Source: Polyangiales bacterium (lineage in GTDB: Bacteria; Myxococcota_A; Polyangia; Polyangiales; Polyangiaceae). From it: 64,000 bases of DNA. The notes beneath the pieces were generated by a model. It was not told where the DNA came from. It ran no database searches and saw only the letters and a list, made by a program, of their open reading frames with translations. A program made the translations under genes and the position numbers. The stretch's first letter is position 1, and each line of letters begins with the position of its first letter. Shown here piece by piece: positions 19,127-28,568 of the stretch. The stretch lies in NCBI GenBank assembly GCA_038230375.1, contig JBBRNJ010000011.1, positions 64,001 through 128,000 on the forward strand. Reading direction: 5' to 3'.

Positions 19127-20041
19127 ATGACGACGCACGGCCAACTCGATCTGAACCACATTGCGGCGTTCGTACGCGTGGTGGAGACAAGCAGCTTCAC
19201 CGCGGCGGCCAAGGCCCTTGGCGTTCCGAAGTCCAGCGTGAGCCGGAGCCTGGCGCGGCTCGAAGAGGAGCTCGGCACGCGGCTCCTTCAGCGAACCACG
19301 CGCAAGCTCTCCCTCACGGAGGCGGGCAAGGCTTACTTCGAGCGCGTGAAGGTGCTCATGGCCGGAATCGACGAGGCGAACGCAGAGGCGTCCGAGCTCG
19401 GACACAGCGCGCATGGAACGGTGCGCATCACGGCGCCGGTGGACATGGGAGTCATGGTGCTCGCGCACATCCTGGCGCAGTTCGCGTTGCTCCATCCGAA
19501 GATCCATGTGGATCTGGTGCTCACGTCGCGGATGGTGAGCCTGGTCGAGGAGGGCTTTGACATGGCGTTGCGCGCCGGTCGACTGGTGGACTCGTCGCTG
19601 GTGGCGCGCAAGATCGCCAACACGGACTTCGGCGTCTTCGGCGCCAAGAGTTACCTGAAGAAGCATCCGTGCCCGCGCCATCCGAAGGATCTCGTGGACC
19701 ACACCTGCATCCTCTTCCGCGGGTTGAAAGCCAGGAGTACGTGGTCCCTGTCAGGGCCCGACGGCCAGCACGAGATCACCGTCACCGGCAGCATCTCCGC
19801 CGACGACATGGCGTTCGTGAAGCGCGTTGCTCGCGACGGCCTCGGGCTTGCGCTCCTTCCGCTGTTCTCGTCCAGCGAAGAGGCGGAGGCGTCGGGCCTT
19901 GTCCGCGTATTGCCCGACTACTGCCAGCGTGGCTCTCCCGTGCACCTGGTGATGCCCTCCTCGCAGTTCGTCCCCACGCGGGTGGCGCTCCTCCGCGACT
20001 TCATCATCGAAGGCGCCAAGAACGTGAAGTGGCACGCCTGA
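19127..20041 (+). CDS. LysR-family regulator (CrgA/DmlR-like)
   Basis: FVRVVE..SFTAAA..LG.PKS.VSR..ARLEE.LG.RLL.RTTR.LSLTEAG; LVEEGFD.ALR. Confidence 0.92.
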   Translation: MTTHGQLDLNHIAAFVRVVETSSFTAAAKALGVPKSSVSRSLARLEEELGTRLLQRTTRKLSLTEAGKAYFERVKVLMAGIDEANAEASELGHSAHGTVRITAPVDMGVMVLAHILAQFALLHPKIHVDLVLTSRMVSLVEEGFDMALRAGRLVDSSLVARKIANTDFGVFGAKSYLKKHPCPRHPKDLVDHTCILFRGLKARSTWSLSGPDGQHEITVTGSISADDMAFVKRVARDGLGLALLPLFSSSEEAEASGLVRVLPDYCQRGSPVHLVMPSSQFVPTRVALLRDFIIEGAKNVKWHA

Positions 20042-20065
20042 AACAGCAGCGCTGTTTTCCCGCGG

Positions 20066-21637
20066 CTAGTGGGCGCCGCTGGGTTCGCGTTGCTTGCCTC
20101 CCTTGCCCAGGAGCAGGATGAGCGGGAGCGAGCAGAGCACGAAGGCGCCCACCAGGACGAACGTGTCGCCGTAGCTCATGACCGCCGCCTGAAGTCGCAG
20201 CGCGCCATCCAGCATCTTCACGGCACCTTGGTGCGCGGCCTCGGGCGCCATGCCGCGCGACTGGAAGCCGGACGAGAGGAGCGCGAGCCGCTGCTGGACG
20301 AGCGGTGACGTCACGCTGAGGGCGGGCTTCAACGCGTCCGTGTGGAACGCCTGTCGGTTCACCAGGAATGCAGTGAGGAAGGCAACACCGACGCTGCCGC
20401 CCAGCTGTCGCGTGAGGTTGTAGAAGCCGGTGGCGGCGGGAATATCCTTCTTCGGCAGCGGCCCGATGGTCGCGATGGAGAGCGGAAGAAACATGAACAC
20501 GGTACCGATGCCGCGGAGGATGAGCGGCCCTTGCAGATCGCCGGTCCCCGTGGTCGCGGTCAGGTGCGAGAGCCACCACATGGTGAAGATGAGGACGCTG
20601 GCGCCGAAGCCAATCAGGATGCGCGCGTCCACCTTGCTCGTGAGCTTGCCCACGAACGGCATGGTGAAGGCGGAGGCAAGCGCACCGGGCATGAGGAGCA
20701 ACCCGGTGTCCTGCGCGGTGAGTCGCAGCACGGACTGACAGAACACGGGAACGGCGAACATGGCGCCGTAGAGCGTCACGCCAAGGACCAGGGAAAAGGC
20801 GCTGCCGGCGGCCAGCGATCGATGACGGAGCACACGCAGGTCCACGACTGGGTAGGCGACCGTCAACTGTCGCCAGATGAAGAGCGCAAGTCCGAGCACC
20901 ATCGTGATCATGAGCACGACGATCAACTTCGAGTCGAACCAGTCCTCGGATTGGCCCTCTTCCAGCACGGTCTGGAGCGAGCCCAGGCCCACACACAGCA
21001 GGACCAGGCCCGCCACGTCCACGCGCTTCTCGACGTTGAGCTTCTTCACGTCCACCGGCAGAACGCTGATCGCCATCATGATCGCGAGCACGCCAACCGG
21101 CAGGTTGATGAAGAAGATCCAGCGCCAGTCCAGGTTCGTGACGATGTAGCCGCCCAGCGTGGGGCCGATCGCCGGCCCCGCGATCGCGACGACACCGAAG
21201 ATCGCCTGGGCCATGCCTTGCTCCTTCGGCGGGAAGGTCTCGAACAGGATCGACTGTGCCTTTGACATGAGCCCACCGCCCGTGAGCCCCTGCAACACGC
21301 GCGCGAGCACGAGCATCGGCAACGTCGTCGCGAACCCGCAGAGTGCGGAGGAGAGCGTGAAGCCGATGAGGGAGAACACGAAGTAGTTCTTCTTGCCGAA
21401 CGTGTCACCCAGCCACGCGGCCAGCGGCAGGATGATCACGTTCGCGATGGCGTAGCTGGTGATGACCCAGCCCACCTCTGGCAGCGTGGCGCCGAGCGAC
21501 GCTTGCATCTCGGGCAGCGCGACGTTGACGATGCTCGTATCGACGATCTCCATGAGAGCGCCGAGCGCCACGGTCATCGCGATGAGCCACTTCTGCGAAG
21601 AGCTGGGATACCCCAGAGCTATGGCGCCGCTGCTCAT
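20066..21637 (-). CDS. emrB: DHA2 MFS efflux permease (EmrB/QacA family)
   Basis: D.SIVNVALP, WVITSYAIAN, RVLQG..GG, GPAIGPTLGG, WRWIFFINLPVG. Confidence 0.9.
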   Translation of the reverse strand: MSSGAIALGYPSSSQKWLIAMTVALGALMEIVDTSIVNVALPEMQASLGATLPEVGWVITSYAIANVIILPLAAWLGDTFGKKNYFVFSLIGFTLSSALCGFATTLPMLVLARVLQGLTGGGLMSKAQSILFETFPPKEQGMAQAIFGVVAIAGPAIGPTLGGYIVTNLDWRWIFFINLPVGVLAIMMAISVLPVDVKKLNVEKRVDVAGLVLLCVGLGSLQTVLEEGQSEDWFDSKLIVVLMITMVLGLALFIWRQLTVAYPVVDLRVLRHRSLAAGSAFSLVLGVTLYGAMFAVPVFCQSVLRLTAQDTGLLLMPGALASAFTMPFVGKLTSKVDARILIGFGASVLIFTMWWLSHLTATTGTGDLQGPLILRGIGTVFMFLPLSIATIGPLPKKDIPAATGFYNLTRQLGGSVGVAFLTAFLVNRQAFHTDALKPALSVTSPLVQQRLALLSSGFQSRGMAPEAAHQGAVKMLDGALRLQAAVMSYGDTFVLVGAFVLCSLPLILLLGKGGKQREPSGAH

Positions 21638-21647
21638 GGAAGGGCCC

Positions 21648-22868
21648 TCAGCGACGCGTGTCGACGACGGCTTCCACGCTCATGCCCGGACGCAGCAGGA
21701 GCTCGGGCGGCGGCTCCTTCAGCTTGATGCGGATCGGTATGCGCTGGACGACCTTGGTGTAGTTGCCCGTGGCATTGTCGGGTGGCAAGAGCGAGAAGCG
21801 CGCGCCGGTGGCAGCGGACACGCTCTCCACCTCACCCTGGAGGTGCACGCCCGGAAAGGCGTCGATCTCCACGTCCGCGGGCTGGCCCTCACGCATCTTC
21901 GTGAACTGCGTCTCCTTGAAGTTCGCGGTGACCCACACGTGGCCGGTGGGCGCGAGCATGGCGATGGACTGCCCGTTCTGCACCATCTGGCCCACGGCGA
22001 TCGCCTTCTTCGAGACCACGCCGTCCTGCGGGGCAATGATCTTCGTGTACGTGACGTCGAGCGTCGCGAGGTCCCGCGTGGCCTTTGCCGTCATGACCTG
22101 TGCGTGAGCGGCTGCTGCGCGCGCCTGCGCCTGATCGATGTACGCCTGCACATCACTCGCGACGTCGTAGCGCGCGGACGCCTCTTGCACGTGGCTCTGC
22201 GCGCTCTGCACCGACGAGCGCAGCGCATCAAGGGACGCCTTCGCCTGGTCCGCGTTTGCGCGCGCTGAGTCGTACGCCGTCTGGGCGGTGTCGACCTGGC
22301 CTTGCGCGATCGCGCCGGTGGAGAAGAGCTGCTTCGAGCGCGAGATATCCAGCTCTGCCTGCTTCAGGTTTGCGGCCGCGACCGCCGCACGCGCCTGCGC
22401 GACGTTGATCTGGTTCTGCGACTCGGCGACCGCGGCCGACGCGCCCGACAGGCTCGCGCTCGCGACGTTCTTCTGACCCTTCGCCGAGCGAACCGCGATG
22501 TTGGCGTCGGCATCTGCCACCGTGGCGTTCGCCTCCGCGGCCCTGAGCGCGGCGTCTGCCTGGAGCAGGCGCGCACGCGAAGGCTCCGGATCGAGCTCTG
22601 CCAGGAGATCGCCCGCCTTCACCTTCTGGTTGTCCGTGAAGGCCACGCGCGTCACGACGCCCTGCGTGCGGGATGGCAGGCCCACCAGGTCGCCATCGAT
22701 CTGCGCATCGTCCGTGGCCTCGCGGCCCACGTGCCTGACGTAGTAGGTGCCGCTGCCGAGCGCGACCGTGAGGAGCAGCACCCCGAGCACGATGGTGCGA
22801 CTGGTCCTGGGCCTGGCCGCTTCGGGCGCGTCCGCGACCGCGGGTTCCTTGGTTGCGACTTGTTCCAT
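21648..22868 (-). CDS. emrA: HlyD/EmrA-family membrane fusion protein
   Basis: TDDAQI, DNQ.VK.GD.L..LD, WV.ANFKETQ, FSLLPPDNATGNYTKVVQRIP.RI, LRPGMSV. Confidence 0.9.
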   Translation of the reverse strand: MEQVATKEPAVADAPEAARPRTSRTIVLGVLLLTVALGSGTYYVRHVGREATDDAQIDGDLVGLPSRTQGVVTRVAFTDNQKVKAGDLLAELDPEPSRARLLQADAALRAAEANATVADADANIAVRSAKGQKNVASASLSGASAAVAESQNQINVAQARAAVAAANLKQAELDISRSKQLFSTGAIAQGQVDTAQTAYDSARANADQAKASLDALRSSVQSAQSHVQEASARYDVASDVQAYIDQAQARAAAAHAQVMTAKATRDLATLDVTYTKIIAPQDGVVSKKAIAVGQMVQNGQSIAMLAPTGHVWVTANFKETQFTKMREGQPADVEIDAFPGVHLQGEVESVSAATGARFSLLPPDNATGNYTKVVQRIPIRIKLKEPPPELLLRPGMSVEAVVDTRR

Positions 22869-22913
22869 GGGGTGTGGCACTTTGGATGCTCCGGAACGGG
22901 GCGCGTTGCGCAC

Positions 22914-22937
22914 TAACGCAACGATAAGTTGCGATTA
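22914..22937. promoter_or_regulatory. Palindromic operator between emrA and the divergent tetR
   Basis: TAACGCAAC-GATAA-GTTGCGATTA inverted repeat in an AT-rich intergenic patch. Confidence 0.7.
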
Positions 22938-22997
22938 TAGACCCTGCGATGCTCGAACGCCGGGATTTTCCGACTGGACCGGTGATAGACTCGGGCT

Positions 22998-23666
22998 GTG
23001 AGGGCAGAGAGGCGACCGAGGCTCGGAGGCAGGAGCGCACGCGTCGTGAGGGACGTGCTCTCCGCCACCCTGGACGAGCTCTCCGAGCACGGCTTCGGCG
23101 CGCTCTCGATCGAGACCGTCGCTCAGCGCGCGCAGGTGAACAAGACGACGATCTACCGGCGATGGCCCACCAAGGAGGCGCTCGTGCGCGCCGCGTTCGT
23201 GGCATCGGCGGACGAGGCGCCGAGCCCGCCCACGGACGGGCCCGTCCGTCAGCTCCTGGTCGGGATCCTGGCCCGCGCCACGGACAAGCTCGCCACGCCC
23301 ACGGGCCGCTCGATCATGCGGATGATGGTCGCGGACGACGTTGCGCCGGAGCTCCTCGAGATCATGGAAATGGTGCGCGAACGCCGGCTCTCGTCGCTGC
23401 GTACGTCGCTCGAGCAGGCCAAGCTTCGTCGCGAGCTGCCGCGAGGCCTCGACGCCGAGCTGCTCTTCTCGATGCTCGTCGGAACGGTCTACTATCGGCT
23501 CTTCGTCCTGAAGAAAGCCGTGCCGCGGGCCTACATCGAGGACCTGGTCGATCTCACGCTCCTCGGCCTCACGACGGAGGCAAAAAAGAAGCGCCCCCGC
23601 GTCCGCAAAGCCCGCCCCACGACCCGAAAACCACGCCCGGAAGCGAGGCCAAGACGCCGCCCTTAG
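22998..23666 (+). CDS. TetR-family regulator (likely controls emrAB)
   Basis: GGRSARV, LSIETVAQRAQVNKTTIYRRWPTKEAL. Confidence 0.9.
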   Translation: MRAERRPRLGGRSARVVRDVLSATLDELSEHGFGALSIETVAQRAQVNKTTIYRRWPTKEALVRAAFVASADEAPSPPTDGPVRQLLVGILARATDKLATPTGRSIMRMMVADDVAPELLEIMEMVRERRLSSLRTSLEQAKLRRELPRGLDAELLFSMLVGTVYYRLFVLKKAVPRAYIEDLVDLTLLGLTTEAKKKRPRVRKARPTTRKPRPEARPRRRP

Positions 23667-23957
23667 AAGGCCGGTGTTTTTCGTCGATCCCTTCGCGCTG
23701 GGCGCGTTTTTCGGTCCGGTGCGTGCTCACGACCGAGAGGTCGTTCCGCGCGCTCCTCCCGAGAAAACGCGTCCATCGCTCGGTCTCGACGAAAACCATC
23801 CGGCCTTCTCGTGTGTCGCTCTCGCTCAGCTCGTCGCTGTTGCTCTCGCTTCGCTCGAGCACTGAGTGGACGCACAGCACTGTGGGTTGTTCAGTGGGTT
23901 GTTCGGCTACATAATAATTAGTAATAACAATGAGATAGTGGAAATCGACGCAGGAAA

Positions 23958-23988
23958 TTGTACGGATGTTCAGTGCTGAACGTATAAC
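23958..23988 (+). promoter_or_regulatory. Putative sigma70 promoter overlapped by a LexA/SOS-like box
   Basis: TTGTAC (-35-like) ... TATAAC (-10-like); TGTAC-N4-GTTCA at 23959-23972; GTTCAG-TG-CTGAAC palindrome. Confidence 0.5.
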
Positions 23989-23994
23989 ACGGGC

Positions 23995-24303
23995 ATGCAC
24001 AACACTCTCACTGTCCTTCGGGCCATTGTTCGCCTCTCTCGCAGCCGCTCCAACATCACGCTCGACGCGCTGACGGAGCGCTCTGCGGGCACCCCGATGG
24101 AGACCCGCGTCGCGGTCCGCTTCCTCGTGGAGGAGGGCCTCGTGCTGCTCACCGATCGCGGTGTGCGACCCACGCTTCCGGGGCTCGCCATCGCCGTTGC
24201 ATCTGGCGCCACGCGGGCACGCAGCGATGTCGCGAACCGTGCCTCGTCCGACGCGCGTGGGAAGGTCGGCAAGAAGGTCGACCGGGCCCGCCGCGCAGCG
24301 TGA
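23995..24303 (+). CDS. Small basic winged-helix-like protein
   Basis: VLRAIVRLSR, LDALTER, V..LVEEGLV, VRPTLPGLAIA resemble a MarR-like wHTH; basic tail. Confidence 0.6.
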   Translation: MHNTLTVLRAIVRLSRSRSNITLDALTERSAGTPMETRVAVRFLVEEGLVLLTDRGVRPTLPGLAIAVASGATRARSDVANRASSDARGKVGKKVDRARRAA

Positions 24304-24316
24304 TAACCATGGGCGC

Positions 24317-26155
24317 GTGACAGAGGCGGAGAAGACCTCCCTTCGCGAGGAGTACGTCCGCGCCAAGGAGGAACGACAGCAAGCCCTGTCGGCCCTGAAG
24401 GTGCGGGACCGCGCGGTGTCCATGGTCCGCGTCCTCTGCATCGCCGCCGCCGCCGTTGGCCTCGCGGTCAGCGTGTGGTCATCCGCTCCAGCCATCGGCA
24501 CGGCGCTCACCGTGGGCGGCGTCCTCCTCTTCATTGCGCTCGTCGTCGTGCACGTGAAGCTGGATGAGAAGATGCATCGCCTTGGCGCTGCGGTCGGCTA
24601 CTACGAGCGCGGCATGCTCCGCATCGACGGAGACCTGGGCAAGCTTCCGCGCACGGGCGAGAAGTACCTCTCCGCGAAGCATCCGTACGCGGACGATCTT
24701 GACGTGTTCGGCCCCCAGTCATTGTTCTCGCTCGTCGACTCCACGGAGACCTTGTTCGGCGAGGAGACGCTCGCGCGCTGGCTCAATGGCGAGTCCCATT
24801 CCAACGACGTGCTGCGCGCGCGGCAGGAGGCGATCCGTGACGCGGCCTCGCGCGGCCGTCTGCGTGAAGAGTTCGCCGTGACGGGCGCGCTGATCGGCGA
24901 GGACAAGCCGGATCCGCGGCCGTTCGTCGCGTGGGTCGCCAAGGAAGAGGGCGCGCTCCTTTCCCCGCCGTTCGTGCTCCTCGCGCGCGCGTGGCCAGTG
25001 GTGAACATCGCCGCGATCGCGCTCGGGCAGATGAAGCTCGTGCCCGCATGGGCGTGGGTCGCACCCGTGGTGCTGGGCGTCCTGGTGTCGCGCGTGGTCG
25101 GTGTCCGCACGCAGACAATCGTGCATGCTGCATCCACCAAGCAGTCCGGTCTTCGACGCTTCGCGACCCTCTTCTCGCTCCTCTCGCAGGAGAAGCTCGA
25201 GGCCGCGCATCTCAAGAAGCTCCAGGAGGAGCTGTCCCGCACGGGCGCCACTGCAAGCGTGGAGATGGACCGCCTCGGGCGCATCGTCGGCTTCCTGGAT
25301 GCCCGTGAAAATGAGGTGTTCAAGGCCCTCATCGCCCCGGCGCTCCTGTGGGATCTGAACTGCGCCATCTCGCTCGCGGCGTGGAAGAAGCGCGTCTCGG
25401 GTCAGATCACCACGTGGTTCCGCGTCCTCGGAGAGGTGGAGGCGCTCTTCTCGCTCGCAGCATTCCTGCGCGAGCAGGACGTGGTCTTTCCGGAGCTGTC
25501 CGACGAGAACGTCTACACGGCCGAGGTGCTCGGACACCCGCTCATTCCGCGCGCGCGCCGCGTCCCCAACGACGTGAGCCTCTCGCCGGCGCTGGTCGTG
25601 ACGGGCTCGAACATGAGCGGCAAGTCCACGCTGCTCCGCACGCTGGGCGTGAATGCCGTGCTCGCGCGCATGGGCGCACCGGTGTGCGCGAAGAAGCTCG
25701 TCATCGGGCCGCTGCAGATCGCCACCAGCCTGCGCGTGCGGGACTCCCTGGGCGACGGCGTGTCGCGCTTCTACGCGGAGCTCTCCAAGATCAAGCACGT
25801 CGTCGAAGCTACCCACAAGGGGCCCACGCTGTTCTTGCTCGACGAAGTGCTCGCAGGAACGAACGCGCGCGAGCGCATCGCGGGTGCAAAGGACATCGCA
25901 CGCGACCTCATCGATCACGGCGCCATAGGGGCGCTCTCCACGCACGATCTCGAGCTGTGCAAGCTGGCCCCCGACCTCGCGCCAGACGGCGAGAAATCAG
26001 GCACGCGCGTCGGCGTCACGAACGTCCACTTCGAGGAGCAGGTCAGCGGCGAGGTGATGACGTTCGACTACAAGCTGCGTCCCGGAGTCGTCACGACGAG
26101 CAACGCGCTCCGCCTGATGAAGGCGCTCGGTCTGCCGGTCGGCAAGGACCCGTAG
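24317..26155 (+). CDS. Membrane-anchored MutS-family (domain V) ATPase
   Basis: N-terminal TM helices; HPYADDLD.FG..SLF; Walker A TGSNMSGKST; SRFYAE; LLDE...GTN; STHD; FDYKL.PG. Confidence 0.88.
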   Translation: MTEAEKTSLREEYVRAKEERQQALSALKVRDRAVSMVRVLCIAAAAVGLAVSVWSSAPAIGTALTVGGVLLFIALVVVHVKLDEKMHRLGAAVGYYERGMLRIDGDLGKLPRTGEKYLSAKHPYADDLDVFGPQSLFSLVDSTETLFGEETLARWLNGESHSNDVLRARQEAIRDAASRGRLREEFAVTGALIGEDKPDPRPFVAWVAKEEGALLSPPFVLLARAWPVVNIAAIALGQMKLVPAWAWVAPVVLGVLVSRVVGVRTQTIVHAASTKQSGLRRFATLFSLLSQEKLEAAHLKKLQEELSRTGATASVEMDRLGRIVGFLDARENEVFKALIAPALLWDLNCAISLAAWKKRVSGQITTWFRVLGEVEALFSLAAFLREQDVVFPELSDENVYTAEVLGHPLIPRARRVPNDVSLSPALVVTGSNMSGKSTLLRTLGVNAVLARMGAPVCAKKLVIGPLQIATSLRVRDSLGDGVSRFYAELSKIKHVVEATHKGPTLFLLDEVLAGTNARERIAGAKDIARDLIDHGAIGALSTHDLELCKLAPDLAPDGEKSGTRVGVTNVHFEEQVSGEVMTFDYKLRPGVVTTSNALRLMKALGLPVGKDP

Positions 26156-26157
26156 AC

Positions 26158-27231
26158 TCATCCTCCGATGGAGCGGATGGAGACGTGCTTGGCACTGTCC
26201 TCCGTGCAGCCGCGGAAGACCTCACCGTCTGGCTTCTGGCTCCACGCGCGTGCGATTTCTCGCGCGACCGCTTCCTTGCCGACGCTCGCGGCCTCGCGTG
26301 CGGACACGCCGTCCTCGGTCGCGAGGCAGGGGCGCAGCATGCCGTCGGCGGAGACGCGGAGCCGATCGCAGCCCTTGCAATACGTGTCTGTGGTGCCGGT
26401 GATGAAGCCGGCGCGCAGCGTGACGTCGTGGCGCGCGGCCACGTACTTCGCGGGGCCGCGGTTGGGCTCGCGCTCGGGAGTGACGTCGGTGAGCAGGTGC
26501 GCAAGGCGCGCGCGCATGTCGCTGTAGGGGACGACCTTGTCCTGCATGAGGGCGCCGTCGCCAATGCCCATGATCTCCAGGAAGCGAGGCGTCATGCCGC
26601 GCTCCCAGGCCCACAAGGCGAGCTGCGGTAGTTCGTCCTCGTTCTCGTCCTTCACGACGACCGTGTTCAGCTTCACCTCGTCGAAGCCCGCGCCGAGCGC
26701 TGCATCAATCCCGCGCAGCACCTTCGCGAGCGAGCCGCCGCGCGTGAGGCGCGAGAAGCGGTCCGCGTCGAGTGAGTCGATCGAGATGTTGATGCGTCGC
26801 AGGCCGGCCGCCCGAAGCGGCGCAGCGAGCACGTCCAGGCGCGTTGCGTTGGTGGTGAGCGCAACGTCGGAGAAGCCGGCGTCGGAGACGGCGCGGATGA
26901 ACGCGACCGGATCCGGATGCACGAGCGGCTCGCCGCCGGTGATGCGCACGCGCTCGATCCCGGCGGTCTTGAGGCCGGCGAGCATGGTCACGAACTCGGC
27001 GTGGCTCATGCGCGACTCGAGGTAGTCCTCGCTGCGCGACGGCCGGCAGTACACGCACGCAAGGTCGCAGCGGTCGGTGATGGAGATGCGCACCGACCGC
27101 GGGGCGACGCCAACGGCCACGCCCGGCGCGATCTCCGCGTCGATCCCGGAAGAGATCTCCGGCGTGCCGGATGTCACCAATTTGAAGCCGCGTGTGATTC
27201 CGCGGGTGTTGAGGACGGGGAGGGCGACCAC
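26158..27231 (-). CDS. moaA: GTP 3',8-cyclase (radical SAM)
   Basis: RISITDRCDLACVYC, RITGGEP, C..C.R.R...G.LRPCL, C-terminal IGG. Confidence 0.92.
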   Translation of the reverse strand: MVALPVLNTRGITRGFKLVTSGTPEISSGIDAEIAPGVAVGVAPRSVRISITDRCDLACVYCRPSRSEDYLESRMSHAEFVTMLAGLKTAGIERVRITGGEPLVHPDPVAFIRAVSDAGFSDVALTTNATRLDVLAAPLRAAGLRRINISIDSLDADRFSRLTRGGSLAKVLRGIDAALGAGFDEVKLNTVVVKDENEDELPQLALWAWERGMTPRFLEIMGIGDGALMQDKVVPYSDMRARLAHLLTDVTPEREPNRGPAKYVAARHDVTLRAGFITGTTDTYCKGCDRLRVSADGMLRPCLATEDGVSAREAASVGKEAVAREIARAWSQKPDGEVFRGCTEDSAKHVSIRSIGG

Positions 27232-27277
27232 GATCGTGTTATATCCCGATACGCAGGCAACACCCCCGAGGTTTCGC

Positions 27278-27751
27278 GTGATCCGCATTGTCACCATCAC
27301 AGTCAGTGACACCCGCACCCCGGAAACGGACGAGTCTGGCCGGGTCCTGGGCGAGGAGCTATCGGCCTTTCAGCTCGTCCGTCACGAGATCGTGAAGGAC
27401 GATCCCCCGAAAATCGCGGCCCTTGTGGTCGGGATCGCGAAGAACCACGAGGCCGATGCCGTCATCCTCTCGGGCGGCACGGGCATCGCCCCGCGGGACC
27501 AGACCATGGACGCCCTGGCCAAGCTGTTCGACCGCGAGCTGCCCGGCTTCGGCGAAGCCTTCCGCCGCCTCTCATGGGACGAGATCGGGCCCAGGGCCAT
27601 CCTTTCGCGCGCCGCCGCCGGCATCGTCAACGGCTGCCTCGTGTTCGCGCTTCCGGGAAGCTCCAAGGCAGCGAGGCTCGGAGCCCGCGCGCTCATCGCG
27701 CCGATCCTCCCGCACGCCGTCGACCTGGTCGCAGGGAAGACCGGCCACTGA
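27278..27751 (+). CDS. moaB: Molybdopterin adenylyltransferase MoaB/MogA
   Basis: TVSDTRT...D.SG, GGTGIAPRD.T, LPGFGEAFR, LSRA, ALPGS. Confidence 0.9.
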   Translation: MIRIVTITVSDTRTPETDESGRVLGEELSAFQLVRHEIVKDDPPKIAALVVGIAKNHEADAVILSGGTGIAPRDQTMDALAKLFDRELPGFGEAFRRLSWDEIGPRAILSRAAAGIVNGCLVFALPGSSKAARLGARALIAPILPHAVDLVAGKTGH

Positions 27752-27999
27752 TGCAGGTCACGCTCCTCTTCTTCGCGGCCGTGCGAGAGCTCGTCACCGA
27801 GGACGAAGTGAAGGTGGAGCTCCCCGCCGATGTATGTACAGTACAACAATTGGCGACGTGGCTGGAGGCGCGCTTCCCCGCGCTGCAAGGCCGCATGAAG
27901 AGCGTCCGCCTGGCAAGAAATGAAGCCTTCGCGGAGCCCACCGAGCCCCTCGAAGACGGTGACGTGATCGCCCTGATTCCACCCGTGGCCGGGGGCTAG
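27751..27999 (+). CDS. moaD: Molybdopterin synthase sulfur carrier subunit
   Basis: LLFFAAVRE, LARNE, GD.IALIPPVAGG C-terminus. Confidence 0.92.
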   Translation: MQVTLLFFAAVRELVTEDEVKVELPADVCTVQQLATWLEARFPALQGRMKSVRLARNEAFAEPTEPLEDGDVIALIPPVAGG

Positions 28000-28088
28000 A
28001 GGTCGAGGTCGAGGTCGAGGTCGAGGTCGAAGTCGAGGTCGAGGTCGAGGTCGAGGTCGAGGTCGAGGTCGAGGTCGAGGTCGAAGTC
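27999..28088. repeat. Hexanucleotide tandem repeat (GAGGTC) x15
   Basis: 15 units, two of them GAAGTC variants, filling the gap between convergent moaD and moaE. Confidence 0.95.
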
Positions 28089-28091
28089 GCT

Positions 28092-28568
28092 TCAGTGCTT
28101 GTGGCCGTGGTGGCCGTGGTCGTCTTCGCATCTTGCGTCGACCCACCCGACCCACGCGGCGCCGTCGGGTCCTGTCTCTCTCTTCCAGATCGGGACGCGC
28201 GACTTGATGCGGTCGATGAGGGCCCGGCATGCGACGAATGCTTCGTGACGGTGGGGTGCGCTCGCGGCGCAGACGATCGCGATGTCGCCCACGCGCAGCA
28301 GCCCGAGCCGATGAAGCGCTGCGACCTTCGTGCCGGGGAGCTCCGCGGCAAGCTCGCTCGCGATGCGGCCCATCTCCTTCACGGCCATCTGTGCGTACGC
28401 GCTGTACTCCAGCGTCGCGACCTCGCGCCCTTCGTTCTCCATGCGCACCGCGCCCACGAAGACGGAGATGGCGCCGGCTCCGTCGTGGCTCACGAATCCC
28501 ACGGCCTCGTCCAGGCCCACGGGCGCGGGCCGAAGCGCAACCCAGTGCGTCAGCGCTCTCTGTTCCAC
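28092..28568 (-). CDS. moaE: Molybdopterin synthase catalytic subunit
   Basis: GA...F.G.VR, LEY.AY..MA, HRLG.L.VGD, SAPHR..AF, K..VPIWKRE; GTG start with AAGGAG; His-rich tail. Confidence 0.9.
   Translation of the reverse strand: MEQRALTHWVALRPAPVGLDEAVGFVSHDGAGAISVFVGAVRMENEGREVATLEYSAYAQMAVKEMGRIASELAAELPGTKVAALHRLGLLRVGDIAIVCAASAPHRHEAFVACRALIDRIKSRVPIWKRETGPDGAAWVGWVDARCEDDHGHHGHKH

Noticed and set aside
27999..28088. CRISPR array or Ser/Thr-repeat coding tail
   Set aside because: No spacers and a 6-bp unit; the repeat lies outside the moaD and moaE reading frames
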